A stretch of DNA of 64,000 nucleotides from IMG/VR virus record IMGVR_UViG_3300008516_000159; one strand, written 5' to 3'. The stretch is from a virus. The notes beneath the pieces were generated by a model. That model saw only the letters and a program-made list of their open reading frames with translations. It had not been told where the DNA came from and searched no databases. This document shows, piece after piece, positions 1-9,198 of the stretch. How positions within the stretch are numbered: position 1 is the first letter of the stretch; each line of letters begins with the position of its first letter. A program made the translations under genes and the position numbers.

Positions 1-343
1 TTTCTGAATAATTTGCAAATATTATATATAGCGCGCTTGCCACTGGATGATTCAGGTGATCATCCGCTTCGTAGTATTTATCCACCATATCGATGAGCCA
101 ATCAAAAGTTGTGTTCGGGGGAAAGATGATGTTAGATATCTCATCGGCTTCTTCTCGGGTCACATAGTCATTACCGAAAAAGAGAAAAACGGATATTTGT
201 GCACCGGCTGCGTAACCGGCCAGATACGTTGTTTTCATTTCGAGATCCCATCGTCTCCAATCTGTGCCATCCTCCATGAATGAATCTGCAAATAATGGAC
301 AAGCAATCAGCATTATCATCAATACAAAAATAATCTTTTTCAT
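1..343 (-). CDS. Secreted hypothetical protein (runs off window start)
   Basis: Hand-translated, not in ORF track: MKKIIFVLMIMLIACPLFADSFMEDGTDW...; signal peptide; starts 6 nt after the dnaE stop. Confidence 0.7.
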   Translation of the reverse strand, partial: MKKIIFVLMIMLIACPLFADSFMEDGTDWRRWDLEMKTTYLAGYAAGAQISVFLFFGNDYVTREEADEISNIIFPPNTTFDWLIDMVDKYYEADDHLNHPVASALYIIFANYSE

Positions 344-349
344 AGTGTT

Positions 350-1570
350 TTATCCTAAGAATTTTATTGTTTTACCGCCTAATCTTTCTGGATTTAAGAA
401 GCGCTCAAACTGTAACTTGTGTACAATAGGATCAACATCTGTTATGTTCAGGGCATAGGCTATAAGAGATCCTGCTGCGCTTCCCCTGCCAGGTCCTACA
501 TAAATATTTTCAGACTTGGCCCAGCCAACTATATCTGCCACTACTAAGAAATAAGAAGAAAATCCTGCGCTATAGATGATCTTGAGTTCATAAGCCAATC
601 TCATCATGTAGGTGTCATTTCGCAAGCATCTCCTATCCAGACCCTCTACGCACTTTTTGCGGAGTATCTCATCAAGGTCGGCGCCCTCGAACTCTGGAAT
701 AGGAGGCACGATATAATCATGCTGCTTAATATCAAACACCTCTATTTTATCGGCTATCTTTACGGTCGTATCACACCACCCCTCAATGTCCTTTTTATCG
801 TAGCCGGTGTTTATGCCTTCTCTGATGATTTCTTCTCTTGAGTGCAAATATATATTGTCTTCGTCGAATTGAAGCCCTTTGTCGTCGCCTACTTTACCGC
901 CAGTATTGACCAACAGCAGTTTGGCGTGATCGTCTTTCTGATCTGCCGTTATATAGTGGGCATCAGCGGTGATAATGGCTGGAACCTTCAACATTTTCCA
1001 GAACTTGTATAGTTTTATTTCTATGGCTTTTAATCTCTCGGTCTGATGTGGTTGAAACTCTATATAAAAGTCATCGCCAAATACATCAAGATACCAATCT
1101 AGGTTCCTCTTGGCCGCTTTTATATCATTGTTTATCAACATGCTTGTTACATCGTTGGCAAGACAGGCGGTTGTGGCTATTATATTTTTACTGTACGCCT
1201 TCAAGGTCTCTCTATCTATACGCGGTCTTTTATAAAAACCATAACGATGACCAATATATTGCATCTGCATTATGTTACGATAACCTTCGATGTTTTTCGC
1301 CAACAGTACAACATGAAAACGTTTTTCTCCCTTTGGTTTGACTTTCAGATCATCAACCATATAGGCCTCAACACCTATCAACGGTTTGATCTTGTATTTC
1401 TCGGCAAGGTGCCAGAACTCATAAACTCCTGACATTGTTCCATGATCGGTTATAGCTAAGGCAGGCTGCCTTAGTTCTTCTGCTACATACTTAAGGCGTG
1501 CTTTTTTCGTCCCTAGCCCATCGAGTGCACTAGAATCGGTGTGTACGTGAAGATTTACGAAGTTATCCAT
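350..1570 (-). CDS. dnaE: DNA polymerase III alpha, N-terminal fragment (PHP domain to start of palm)
   Basis: HVHTDSSALDG, TDHG, GVEAY, DAH, GPGRGSAAGSL and FERFLNPER motifs; stops before the PDIDxD catalytic motif. Confidence 0.93.
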   Translation of the reverse strand: MDNFVNLHVHTDSSALDGLGTKKARLKYVAEELRQPALAITDHGTMSGVYEFWHLAEKYKIKPLIGVEAYMVDDLKVKPKGEKRFHVVLLAKNIEGYRNIMQMQYIGHRYGFYKRPRIDRETLKAYSKNIIATTACLANDVTSMLINNDIKAAKRNLDWYLDVFGDDFYIEFQPHQTERLKAIEIKLYKFWKMLKVPAIITADAHYITADQKDDHAKLLLVNTGGKVGDDKGLQFDEDNIYLHSREEIIREGINTGYDKKDIEGWCDTTVKIADKIEVFDIKQHDYIVPPIPEFEGADLDEILRKKCVEGLDRRCLRNDTYMMRLAYELKIIYSAGFSSYFLVVADIVGWAKSENIYVGPGRGSAAGSLIAYALNITDVDPIVHKLQFERFLNPERLGGKTIKFLG

Positions 1571-1579
1571 TTAGTATAT

Positions 1580-1987
1580 CTATGTCTTGAGTAAGCTTTT
1601 GACACGACATCTTTCGCACATATTGCGCAACCAGCTATGCTTATAATTTTGTACTGCTACTTTTTTAGTCGAACCGCAAATCTCACACGTTTTTGCGCAT
1701 TGTTTTTGAGCCTCGCTGATCAACTCGATTACCTTTACGTACACATCACCGCACTCATGCACATAAACTCTGAGCTCGGCAAACTTTTCTTTTACCTGCA
1801 CAATCTCAAAATCTTTCGGAGGACGAAGGCTATCTATTTTAAGAATTAGGTCCAAAATAATATCAAACCAGCCGTCGCCGCAAGCAAAACCCTCTCTGTG
1901 ACCCATGCGGCTAACCGATTGATCTTCTTTGTGTTCGAAAAAATGTGGAAACCGATCGAATATTTTTTTCTCTAATTTGTCAGTCAC
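1580..1987 (-). CDS. Conserved phage hypothetical protein
   Basis: GDGWF...QVKEKFAELRVY and CEICG motifs seen in a common phage family. Confidence 0.7.
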   Translation of the reverse strand: MTDKLEKKIFDRFPHFFEHKEDQSVSRMGHREGFACGDGWFDIILDLILKIDSLRPPKDFEIVQVKEKFAELRVYVHECGDVYVKVIELISEAQKQCAKTCEICGSTKKVAVQNYKHSWLRNMCERCRVKSLLKT

Positions 1988-2089
1988 TTTATCTGACCCC
2001 TGGATTTTATTAAGATAAGAATACCAGACCTAACAGTCCCGGTCATAATTATATATGGCCCAAGCGCACATCAAAACAGGAGGAGTTTA

Positions 2090-2707
2090 ATGAGAAGAAT
2101 ACTGTTTTCACTTTTAGCTTTGTTGTTTTTATTCGGTCTCGGTTCCGGATTGTTCGCTCAGAAAGATGCCTATAGATGGTACGTCCGAACTATTGAGCTT
2201 AAAGTTACATTCTGGGAAGATGACGAGCAAAAGACGGAATATCGTGAAGAATATCTCTTATATTTTGGCAACGAAAAGACGTTAGAAGTAGAAGCTCAAC
2301 TCGCAAGATCTAGAATGGGTTTTGGAGCCATGGTGTTCCATCCTATACCAGAAGTGACAGAAAGCATGAGCTTCCAGGCCCCCGAAAGATGGTACGTGCA
2401 ACCATACGACCATAGTAAGCATGATTCTCCTAAATTATATCCATTGTTTGAGGATCGCGTATGGAACAACATGCCGCAGAACATCAAGCTCATCATAATG
2501 GCCCTGGATTACAAAGATGACGATCTTATTCTTATTCATATGAGAGGCAACACTGGCAGCATTAGTATTTGTTACCACCCTAAGTTTGACGAAGACAAGG
2601 AGTTTTATGGGGCAAAATTGGAGCAGCTTTTGGATTATCTAAACAACCTGGAAGATCCTGAGAAAGAAATACCTAATCCAATTTTACCAATTAAGAACAC
2701 AATATAA
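2090..2707 (+). CDS. Secreted hypothetical protein
   Basis: Strong RBS (aggaggag); hydrophobic signal peptide ending LFA. Confidence 0.75.
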   Translation: MRRILFSLLALLFLFGLGSGLFAQKDAYRWYVRTIELKVTFWEDDEQKTEYREEYLLYFGNEKTLEVEAQLARSRMGFGAMVFHPIPEVTESMSFQAPERWYVQPYDHSKHDSPKLYPLFEDRVWNNMPQNIKLIIMALDYKDDDLILIHMRGNTGSISICYHPKFDEDKEFYGAKLEQLLDYLNNLEDPEKEIPNPILPIKNTI

Positions 2708-2720
2708 AGATAATTTTGTT

Positions 2721-3020
2721 ATGACTAGAGAAGAGTTTCTGTCCATCGAACATCCATCTATAGAAGAGTACCGCTATTCAGACGTTGTGGTGTACTTTTT
2801 GTGGAATAAACCAAGCAAAAGTAGTATCACCTTGAAAGGCTCAGTATGGATCTACACGGATGGCAACAAAAGCATTGCACTAAAGAACGAAGTATTAAAG
2901 GAGCTTAAAGATCTTGAAGCCGCGGCTTTTTCTATAAGAAAAAAGAATTTAATATTGTTAAACCCCGGTAAAAAATATGTTATAGGTCGACTTTTCGGTG
3001 AAAAGGTGCGACAGGAATAA
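2721..3020 (+). CDS. Hypothetical protein
   Basis: Co-oriented run, no family recognised. Confidence 0.6.
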   Translation: MTREEFLSIEHPSIEEYRYSDVVVYFLWNKPSKSSITLKGSVWIYTDGNKSIALKNEVLKELKDLEAAAFSIRKKNLILLNPGKKYVIGRLFGEKVRQE

Positions 3021-3023
3021 AAT

Positions 3024-3344
3024 ATGAAATCAGCTGACACCATAAGCGATGTCGCAGTCCCGTTTCTTGTTAAAAGCAAAAGCGGTCAAGGCTCTACAAA
3101 AAGCTGGGAATACATATACGTAACAGAGGTCTACGATCGATTAGCCAAGAAAGAAAGTAAAGTCGGGGCTGTTGTGAGACTAATGCGGTTCGGTAGTAAC
3201 GTTGGCGTATTAATAGAAAAGGGTAAAGAAGCTCAATACATGTGGTCACATATATTTTCACCGAGGGCGCAACAGGTTGAGATGAAACGAGGTAAAAAAG
3301 ATCTACTTGTTGACCTTTTCACTTTTCCTGACAGAATGATTTAA
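3024..3344 (+). CDS. Hypothetical protein
   Basis: Co-oriented run, no family recognised. Confidence 0.6.
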   Translation: MKSADTISDVAVPFLVKSKSGQGSTKSWEYIYVTEVYDRLAKKESKVGAVVRLMRFGSNVGVLIEKGKEAQYMWSHIFSPRAQQVEMKRGKKDLLVDLFTFPDRMI

Positions 3345-3773
3345 ATTTTTTCTTAACTCCTTCTTCATGCCCAACTGGATTTCCTTGTTGGTCTCGTGTT
3401 CAATTACTTCATAATTATGATCAAAAAACTTGATGTTTTTTACCCAATCATTACGGCTGTCATCTGAGCTTATCATTTTTGCTATATCGGAGCGCTTCTT
3501 TTCCTTGCGCATGTTGTCCATTACATCGCGACGAATGACTTGATAGAAATAAGAAAACGCATACTTGTTTTTGGTGGGATCATACTTGTCCAGCTTTTTC
3601 CAGGAAAGTATAACAGCGCTCTGAATATAGTCATCGCGCTTGGAGTAGGCGATGTCAAAGTGGTGAGTTATCTGGCTGCCCATTTCATAAAAGTTGCTGA
3701 GCAGTTGCTGCATCTTCTCCGGATCCCTTCGGTCATTATAAAGCTTTTCCATTTCCTTCTTGTCAATGTTCAT
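3303..3773 (-). CDS. Sigma factor, T4 gp55-like (region 2 only)
   Basis: DDYIQSAVILSWKKLDKYDPTKNKYAFSYFYQVIRR resembles sigma region 2 / gp55 FDPEK..NPFAYFTQI; no region 4. Confidence 0.75.
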   Translation of the reverse strand: MNIDKKEMEKLYNDRRDPEKMQQLLSNFYEMGSQITHHFDIAYSKRDDYIQSAVILSWKKLDKYDPTKNKYAFSYFYQVIRRDVMDNMRKEKKRSDIAKMISSDDSRNDWVKNIKFFDHNYEVIEHETNKEIQLGMKKELRKNLNHSVRKSEKVNK

Positions 3774-3781
3774 GTTTTCTC

Positions 3782-3988
3782 CTAGTCTTTTAATAAAAAC
3801 TTAGCTTTTTCTTTCTTAGTTGTAGCCACTTCCCAAAATTTCGCCTCGCACATGTAACTTAGCTGTATTGGAACCGCTCGTGTTCTAGAGCCACTGCCAT
3901 CAGTTGCCTCTAGAATCATCGAGTCCTTGCCTTTTTCCAAGACCTTGTACAGACCTGAGTGCGTTCGAATCAGGTCGCCTTCTTTCAT
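3782..3988 (-). CDS. Small KOW/SH3-like protein ending KAKFLLKD
   Basis: MKEGDLIRTHSGLYKVL start; ORF track extends to 4054. Confidence 0.6.
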   Translation of the reverse strand: MKEGDLIRTHSGLYKVLEKGKDSMILEATDGSGSRTRAVPIQLSYMCEAKFWEVATTKKEKAKFLLKD

Positions 3989-4139
3989 GTTTTTGTACGG
4001 CGACAATTTTCTCATTATGCGATTTGCCGCCTTTTGGGCCTTTGAAGGATTCAACTATTATATCCGCCTTGTCTTTAAAATATGCTTCGAAAGGTCGCCA
4101 AGTGTCTAGGCTCTCTTTTCTTTTTTTCTTTTTCGACAA
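3900..4139 (-). CDS. Basic hypothetical protein
   Basis: Fills the gap after 4143 but overlaps the next gene by about 90 nt. Confidence 0.4.
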   Translation of the reverse strand: MSKKKKRKESLDTWRPFEAYFKDKADIIVESFKGPKGGKSHNEKIVAVQKHERRRPDSNALRSVQGLGKRQGLDDSRGN

Positions 4140-4142
4140 AAA

Positions 4143-4418
4143 CTATACCCTCCCTAACAATAGCATCTTGGCCGCCATTGCTTTTCCTTTTTTGCATTCT
4201 ACAATAATAACTTCGCGCCTCTCAACCGCCGCGGCGAGCCACTCGACCCCACAAGAGGTAGTGTAACCAGAAGGAAGGCCCTTAGTTTTTACAAGATCTA
4301 TTATTTTTATCGACTCGCCGTCGTTATACCGGTAATCTCCCTCACGGAACCCTGTTACCACATAGTAATCTTTTTGCTCTTTTAAATAAAAAACATCGTA
4401 CCTTTCGGGTTCATACAT
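4143..4418 (-). CDS. Hypothetical protein
   Basis: Overlaps primase stop; operon-like. Confidence 0.65.
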   Translation of the reverse strand: MYEPERYDVFYLKEQKDYYVVTGFREGDYRYNDGESIKIIDLVKTKGLPSGYTTSCGVEWLAAAVERREVIIVECKKGKAMAAKMLLLGRV

Positions 4419-5484
4419 GCTTCAATCTCTCTTTCAATACATTATAACTCGGACCGCTACTCATTGTAAAGCCTTTTTTTTCAGCGGAATCCAGTATTCT
4501 TCCGCGTAGCATTTCTGTTTTGTGATCTGTTTTGACTTTATGATGTTCTACTTCTTTTAATCCTGCCTCATTGGCGTCTTTATATCTGCTGTCCAGCTCG
4601 TAATAACCGACTTCTATTTCAGGCGCGATCTCTTTCATTATTTTGATGTTTTTGATTAAAGTACTGCGGCCAGCCTCATCATTGTCAGGAACAAAAATTA
4701 TTTTTTTAGGATTCTTCTCGGCTATTTTCTTTGCCTGAGGTTTTGATATGGTATTGCCCAATATCGCCACACCGTTTTTAACGGTCATCGCGTCAAATGG
4801 CCCTTCGACTACCACCACCGTACCACCTTCCAGAATACTATCGTAGTTATATACTATCTGGCTTTTCTGTATGCCCTTTGGATTCAAGTATTTCCGATAT
4901 TTGCGTTTTCTTTTATGAACCTTGAAAAACAAATCTTCACCCAACAGGTCGCGGGCCTGGAAGAACACAAGCTCGTGATTCATGTAAAATGGAATGTATA
5001 ACCTGGCCTTGTAATAGTTACTAGGAAAGTACTTCAACCCGAACCTCTTGACTGTTTGTGGTGATATGTTTTTATTGAACAAGAATTTTATGGCCAGCTT
5101 TCCTAACTCGGTTTTATTCGTAATGGTCATCAACCCAGGCGGCTCATTCATCTTTGCCAGTTTTATGACTTTGATTGGTGTTTTATATGGCTTGATTATA
5201 TCCTTGAATGACAGATAACTAAGGTATGTTTTAACTATGTATTCTTGGGCTTGTTTTGTTGACATGTCCAGCAAGTCGCTTACAAAGCCCAAAAAGGTAT
5301 TTGAGTAGCCGGTGTTGAAATCATGTACCACATTCATTGGCACATTTATTGACATTCTAAATCTCGTGTCTGGCTCAAACGGCCCATTGAAACATATTTC
5401 CGTGCCTCTGGGCCCTTCTTTTACTTTGTATTTCTCGAACTGATCATACGCAAATGCTTCCATTACGTTTTGAGGAAAGGTCAA
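4411..5484 (-). CDS. DNA primase (T4 gp61-like, Toprim)
   Basis: RLYIPF..FFQAR, KYLNP, VVEGPFDAM, AILG, DNDEAG, KDANE motifs. Confidence 0.9.
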   Translation of the reverse strand: MTFPQNVMEAFAYDQFEKYKVKEGPRGTEICFNGPFEPDTRFRMSINVPMNVVHDFNTGYSNTFLGFVSDLLDMSTKQAQEYIVKTYLSYLSFKDIIKPYKTPIKVIKLAKMNEPPGLMTITNKTELGKLAIKFLFNKNISPQTVKRFGLKYFPSNYYKARLYIPFYMNHELVFFQARDLLGEDLFFKVHKRKRKYRKYLNPKGIQKSQIVYNYDSILEGGTVVVVEGPFDAMTVKNGVAILGNTISKPQAKKIAEKNPKKIIFVPDNDEAGRSTLIKNIKIMKEIAPEIEVGYYELDSRYKDANEAGLKEVEHHKVKTDHKTEMLRGRILDSAEKKGFTMSSGPSYNVLKERLKHV

Positions 5485-5487
5485 ACT

Positions 5488-6414
5488 TTACTCCACTTCT
5501 GTGCGTCGCAGGGCCAAATAGTTTGGTTTAATTAACTCAGTAGGGCCGTACCTGGACAGCTTTTCTTGTAGCCATTCTTTTTCAACATCCAGCTTGTTGT
5601 TCAGCTTAAACACAAGATGTTCAAAATCTATTTCCATTATGACTGGCAACATGGCCGCCCAGTGTTTTATGAATTTATCGCCGCGGTAGATATAACTTTC
5701 TGCTTTGTTCCTGATTTCTTCTGAAAGATGTAGTCGGTTTTCTATGAAGTGTCCCGTGTTATAATTCTCACATATATCATAAATAGGGTGATAATCATAA
5801 AACAGGTTCCTGGTGGGGATTTCATAATATATTATTCCCGCAGTACTAATGGTCTTTATAAAACTTAATACATCTAAATCGAGCACAGTTACTTCGGCAC
5901 CGCTTCTTATCTTGTTCTTCAAATCCGCAATAATAAACAAAAACTCATCTTTTGTTAGATTTTCTTTTTCACCGACGTATCCCTCGGTCGATGTATTAAA
6001 CCTGCCGTAAATGGATTGATGTAACATAATCTCAATCATAGCTGAAATAAGAAACGATTTTATATATTCATTATGAATCTTTGTGCTAATGAGTTTATAC
6101 ATCCTATCGAAGAAATTGCAGTCATCATCAGTCCAATAGATATTATAATGCTCGCGAATGTAGTGATCGCTTTTTTTGGTTTCGCTTATCTGCTTCCACA
6201 GAAAGTTGGCATCTTTGAGGGTGTATTTACTATTCGCCACCAAACCTTTAATTTGGTGGTATACAGATTGAGAAATAGCATTGGCGAACAGGCGTATGTC
6301 GCGACCCTTGATGTCTATGATGTTTTGATACTTTGTAGCCAGCAAATCGACAATAATGCGATTGCGTGGTTTTATGCTGCTTAATAGATAATCCATGTTA
6401 TACTGTCCAATCAA
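5488..6414 (-). CDS. Degenerate DNA adenine methyltransferase-like protein
   Basis: Layout of D12/M.FokI-type MTases (IVDL..., LFANAI, YGRF, LDLDVLSFI, IIYYEIPT) with motif I and DPPY lost. Confidence 0.55.
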   Translation of the reverse strand: MIGQYNMDYLLSSIKPRNRIIVDLLATKYQNIIDIKGRDIRLFANAISQSVYHQIKGLVANSKYTLKDANFLWKQISETKKSDHYIREHYNIYWTDDDCNFFDRMYKLISTKIHNEYIKSFLISAMIEIMLHQSIYGRFNTSTEGYVGEKENLTKDEFLFIIADLKNKIRSGAEVTVLDLDVLSFIKTISTAGIIYYEIPTRNLFYDYHPIYDICENYNTGHFIENRLHLSEEIRNKAESYIYRGDKFIKHWAAMLPVIMEIDFEHLVFKLNNKLDVEKEWLQEKLSRYGPTELIKPNYLALRRTEVE

Positions 6415-6640
6415 AACAGATCGTCGCGGCGTTTTTTAATTCGTATTTTATGTAGCGTTCGTGATGCTTGCAACGACGACAGGCCGGAGCCCGATCGCAA
6501 GAAACAATATTTCTTTCATCATCAGTAGGCAGGCACCACATCCAAGTATTGCACGGCTTGTTCATACTTTCTACTATGCGATGAGCGCAATTATCACATG
6601 TGTCGATTAAAAGCGATTTGGCTATTTCGGCTTTAGTCAT
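6398..6640 (-). CDS. KAKxLL/Cys-rich small protein family member
   Basis: IAKSLLIDTCDNCAH...C..W. Confidence 0.7.
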   Translation of the reverse strand: MTKAEIAKSLLIDTCDNCAHRIVESMNKPCNTWMWCLPTDDERNIVSCDRAPACRRCKHHERYIKYELKNAATICFDWTV

Positions 6641-6773
6641 ATAGGTTGTCCGATTCTACCTCCGAAGAGTGTGGCAATGTCGAGAGTCGAGCTCGACCTG
6701 GTCTTGTTTAAGGATCAGCTCCAAGACTGCCTACCTAATATAATTATAACACAGTCCGGAGAAAACGTAAAGC

Positions 6774-7475
6774 CTAAAGTATTATTAGCAATAATAAAAA
6801 GACTCCGCCGACAACGCCAAGACCTAATAATCCAGGTCTCTTTAACTCTTCATCCCACGCTTCCTTTGTTTCCTCAGAAATATCCTTTGGTTCCGTGGGC
6901 GCAAAATCATAGACGGTTACCATTTGTCCTCTACGAACTACAATAGGAGCAAATTTACCTTGTGTGCTGGATACCTCAACCTCGCCCTTGAACACCAGTA
7001 TGTCTGTCTCATCAACCTTGGAATTCACACCATAAACCGTGCCCCTGACACCAGCAAGCACTGTGTTCGTCATTATACAAAAGCCACTGTCCTTATTTAG
7101 TAGCCTTCCTATTTTAGCTTTTACTTGGCCTCTAATTAAAGAAAATATGGCATTTTGTTTTCTTTCCCTGAGGGATAGTTCGAGACTATCCAACTTGAAA
7201 TAGGTGTCGGATGCCAGTTTGATTGTACTGCCATCGGGCATTGTTATGTCACACAAGCTATTATAACCAGTTTTGACAATAGAATTAACTGGCAAATCCA
7301 TGTTGATTCTGGCGGCCTTGATTTTTACAGAGTTCCCGCCATTGTCTCGGAACTCCACATCGACCTCGCCAGACATGTAGGACACATATGGTACCTCTTT
7401 TTCATAATACGCGCCGTAGCCGACACACGTTATGGCAAACATTAGTACTGCCAAAATAATCAAAAGCTTTTTCAT
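6774..7475 (-). CDS. FecR-domain membrane protein
   Basis: Signal peptide, VKTGYNS...PDGSTIKL, LIRGQV, LAGVRGTVY, VFKGEVEV; C-terminal TM helix. Confidence 0.85.
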   Translation of the reverse strand: MKKLLIILAVLMFAITCVGYGAYYEKEVPYVSYMSGEVDVEFRDNGGNSVKIKAARINMDLPVNSIVKTGYNSLCDITMPDGSTIKLASDTYFKLDSLELSLRERKQNAIFSLIRGQVKAKIGRLLNKDSGFCIMTNTVLAGVRGTVYGVNSKVDETDILVFKGEVEVSSTQGKFAPIVVRRGQMVTVYDFAPTEPKDISEETKEAWDEELKRPGLLGLGVVGGVFLLLLIIL

Positions 7476-7504
7476 TTTTTCTTCCTGAACTAAACTTTAG
7501 AAAA

Positions 7505-7660
7505 TCACAATGCTCTTGCGTGAAGCTCTACAAACTCCGCCTGCATCGTGCCAACCTCTTTCTTGAGTTCAGCCACCTCCTCTTTTAATTTCTTGTTTTC
7601 GTCTTCAAGCAAATTTAATCGCCTGTAGATCTCGTCGTGTACTCCACCAGTTGGGGCCAT
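7505..7660 (-). CDS. Small coiled-coil protein
   Basis: Hand-translated MAPTGGVHDEIYRRLNLLEDENKKLKEEVAELKKE..., 51 aa, RBS gagg. Confidence 0.55.
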   Translation of the reverse strand: MAPTGGVHDEIYRRLNLLEDENKKLKEEVAELKKEVGTMQAEFVELHARAL

Positions 7661-7662
7661 TT

Positions 7663-7905
7663 TTATATCCTCACCATTTTCCAATTTTTGACATTACTCT
7701 TCAGAAGATGTAACTGTCCAAATCTGCGCAACTGAGAAGTCGCCCTTTCGTCTTTGGCTATGTTTACATCTATTAACCCGTCTTCCCTGGGGTGAAACGT
7801 AAAGAAATGAACAGATCCGCAGTCGCAGCAAGCAAATTTTATATTTTGTGTCAAAGGATCTATTGTATGTGTGTCATCATCGGTAGCTTCTTTATATTTT
7901 CCCAT
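7663..7905 (-). CDS. Small CxxC protein
   Basis: ACCDCGSVH; RBS ggagg upstream. Confidence 0.65.
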   Translation of the reverse strand: MGKYKEATDDDTHTIDPLTQNIKFACCDCGSVHFFTFHPREDGLIDVNIAKDERATSQLRRFGQLHLLKSNVKNWKMVRI

Positions 7906-8139
7906 TTTTTATCTCCTCCCGGTATTTGGATGTCCCGGTGCTATTTTTCTGTGTTCGGCTTGTTTTATTATATCGCGGCCGTTCTTCCCCGCGGGTCGTT
8001 TTACAGGTCCATTTTGACTTTTATTCACCCTTTCTTGTTGTTTTGCTCTTCTATATTTTCCAAAGAATTCGATTCTGTTGGCCACAACTAAGCCTCCTAA
8101 AATAAGTTTCTATATTTTCATTTCATGATTACATATTGT

Positions 8140-8439
8140 TTAGTACGCGTTTTTATGACGCCAATTTTGCAGCATACCGGCGCCTGAGCCCTGATACTCT
8201 TTAGACGCATACAGATAAAACACCACGATGTCCCCTATTTCTGTTTCGTAATAAAGAGACAGATCACGAAATTGCCAGTATTGTCCGTTTTCATACTTGA
8301 CTATGACACTCTGGTCGCGCTTGTCTATAATCTCCCCTGTGATTTCATAAGTTTGAAACTTACCATACAAGCTACAACCCATGAGCAAGAACACTATCAG
8401 ACCCATGATGCAACACAACTTGATCATTTTATTTACCAT
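8140..8439 (-). CDS. Putative lipoprotein
   Basis: Hydrophobic leader ending LLMGC. Confidence 0.7.
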   Translation of the reverse strand: MVNKMIKLCCIMGLIVFLLMGCSLYGKFQTYEITGEIIDKRDQSVIVKYENGQYWQFRDLSLYYETEIGDIVVFYLYASKEYQGSGAGMLQNWRHKNAY

Positions 8440-8747
8440 ATTTGTTCCTCCGGATTTCTCCCATATGCATAATCCTTTATTTTTCCATTCCGTTTAAAAC
8501 GAATGCTCAAACAGCTATAATCCTCCAATTTAAGATACGTATGAAGATCTAGATTCAGCACCACTTGATCGCCGTCATGAGTTAAGAGAACTATTTTTCC
8601 CCAAAACTCACCCCTCGGGGCATCAATCAGTATCCAGTCTCTCGCGATGATCGTTCCCTGAACTCCTGTCACATATGGTGCTTGATCACACCCAATTGCG
8701 CCGAGAAAAAGGAGAAGTAAACTACCTATTAACAATACTCGCTTCAT
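8433..8747 (-). CDS. Putative lipoprotein
   Basis: Hydrophobic leader ending GAIGC; RBS ggagg. Confidence 0.7.
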   Translation of the reverse strand: MKRVLLIGSLLLLFLGAIGCDQAPYVTGVQGTIIARDWILIDAPRGEFWGKIVLLTHDGDQVVLNLDLHTYLKLEDYSCLSIRFKRNGKIKDYAYGRNPEEQIW

Positions 8748-8907
8748 GTTTATTCCTCCGGCTTCACTTTTTTCTTCTTCTTTAGTTCATTTGGTATATA
8801 TATGTTCTTGAGTGCCTGTTGTATGGCCTCTTGTGGGATATGTACTTGTATTTTATCATCTGTTTTACGTACTGGTTTTTTAGTCATCTTTCCCCCAAGA
8901 TAACTAC

Positions 8908-9198
8908 ATGACAGAAGCCGAACTTTACAATCTAAAATTACCGGCAGCTTTACATATCCAAGACACGCTTGGAAACCGCGCGCATATCATCAACGTCACG
9001 GCGCGCCGCGTGAGACGCGTGTTTTTCGATGTTCAAACAGTCAGACTTTACAACAGCAACAAAAGATATATTATATTTCACAGTCGAGGCGAATCTTCAG
9101 GAATCGCGGTTCTTGACGGAGAAATTCTGACAGGAACATCGAAGCTATCACATCAGAAAGCCAAGAGGAGCATGATCCTCATGGCCTTAGGACGATAA
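8908..9198 (+). CDS. Hypothetical protein with C-terminal KAKRSMILMAL helix
   Basis: Lone plus-strand ORF filling gap; shared C-terminal motif. Confidence 0.55.
   Translation: MTEAELYNLKLPAALHIQDTLGNRAHIINVTARRVRRVFFDVQTVRLYNSNKRYIIFHSRGESSGIAVLDGEILTGTSKLSHQKAKRSMILMALGR

Noticed and set aside
344-400. Intein or group I intron at the dnaE break
   Set aside because: Only 10 residues follow NPER with no intein start residue, and the next gene begins 6 nt after the stop.
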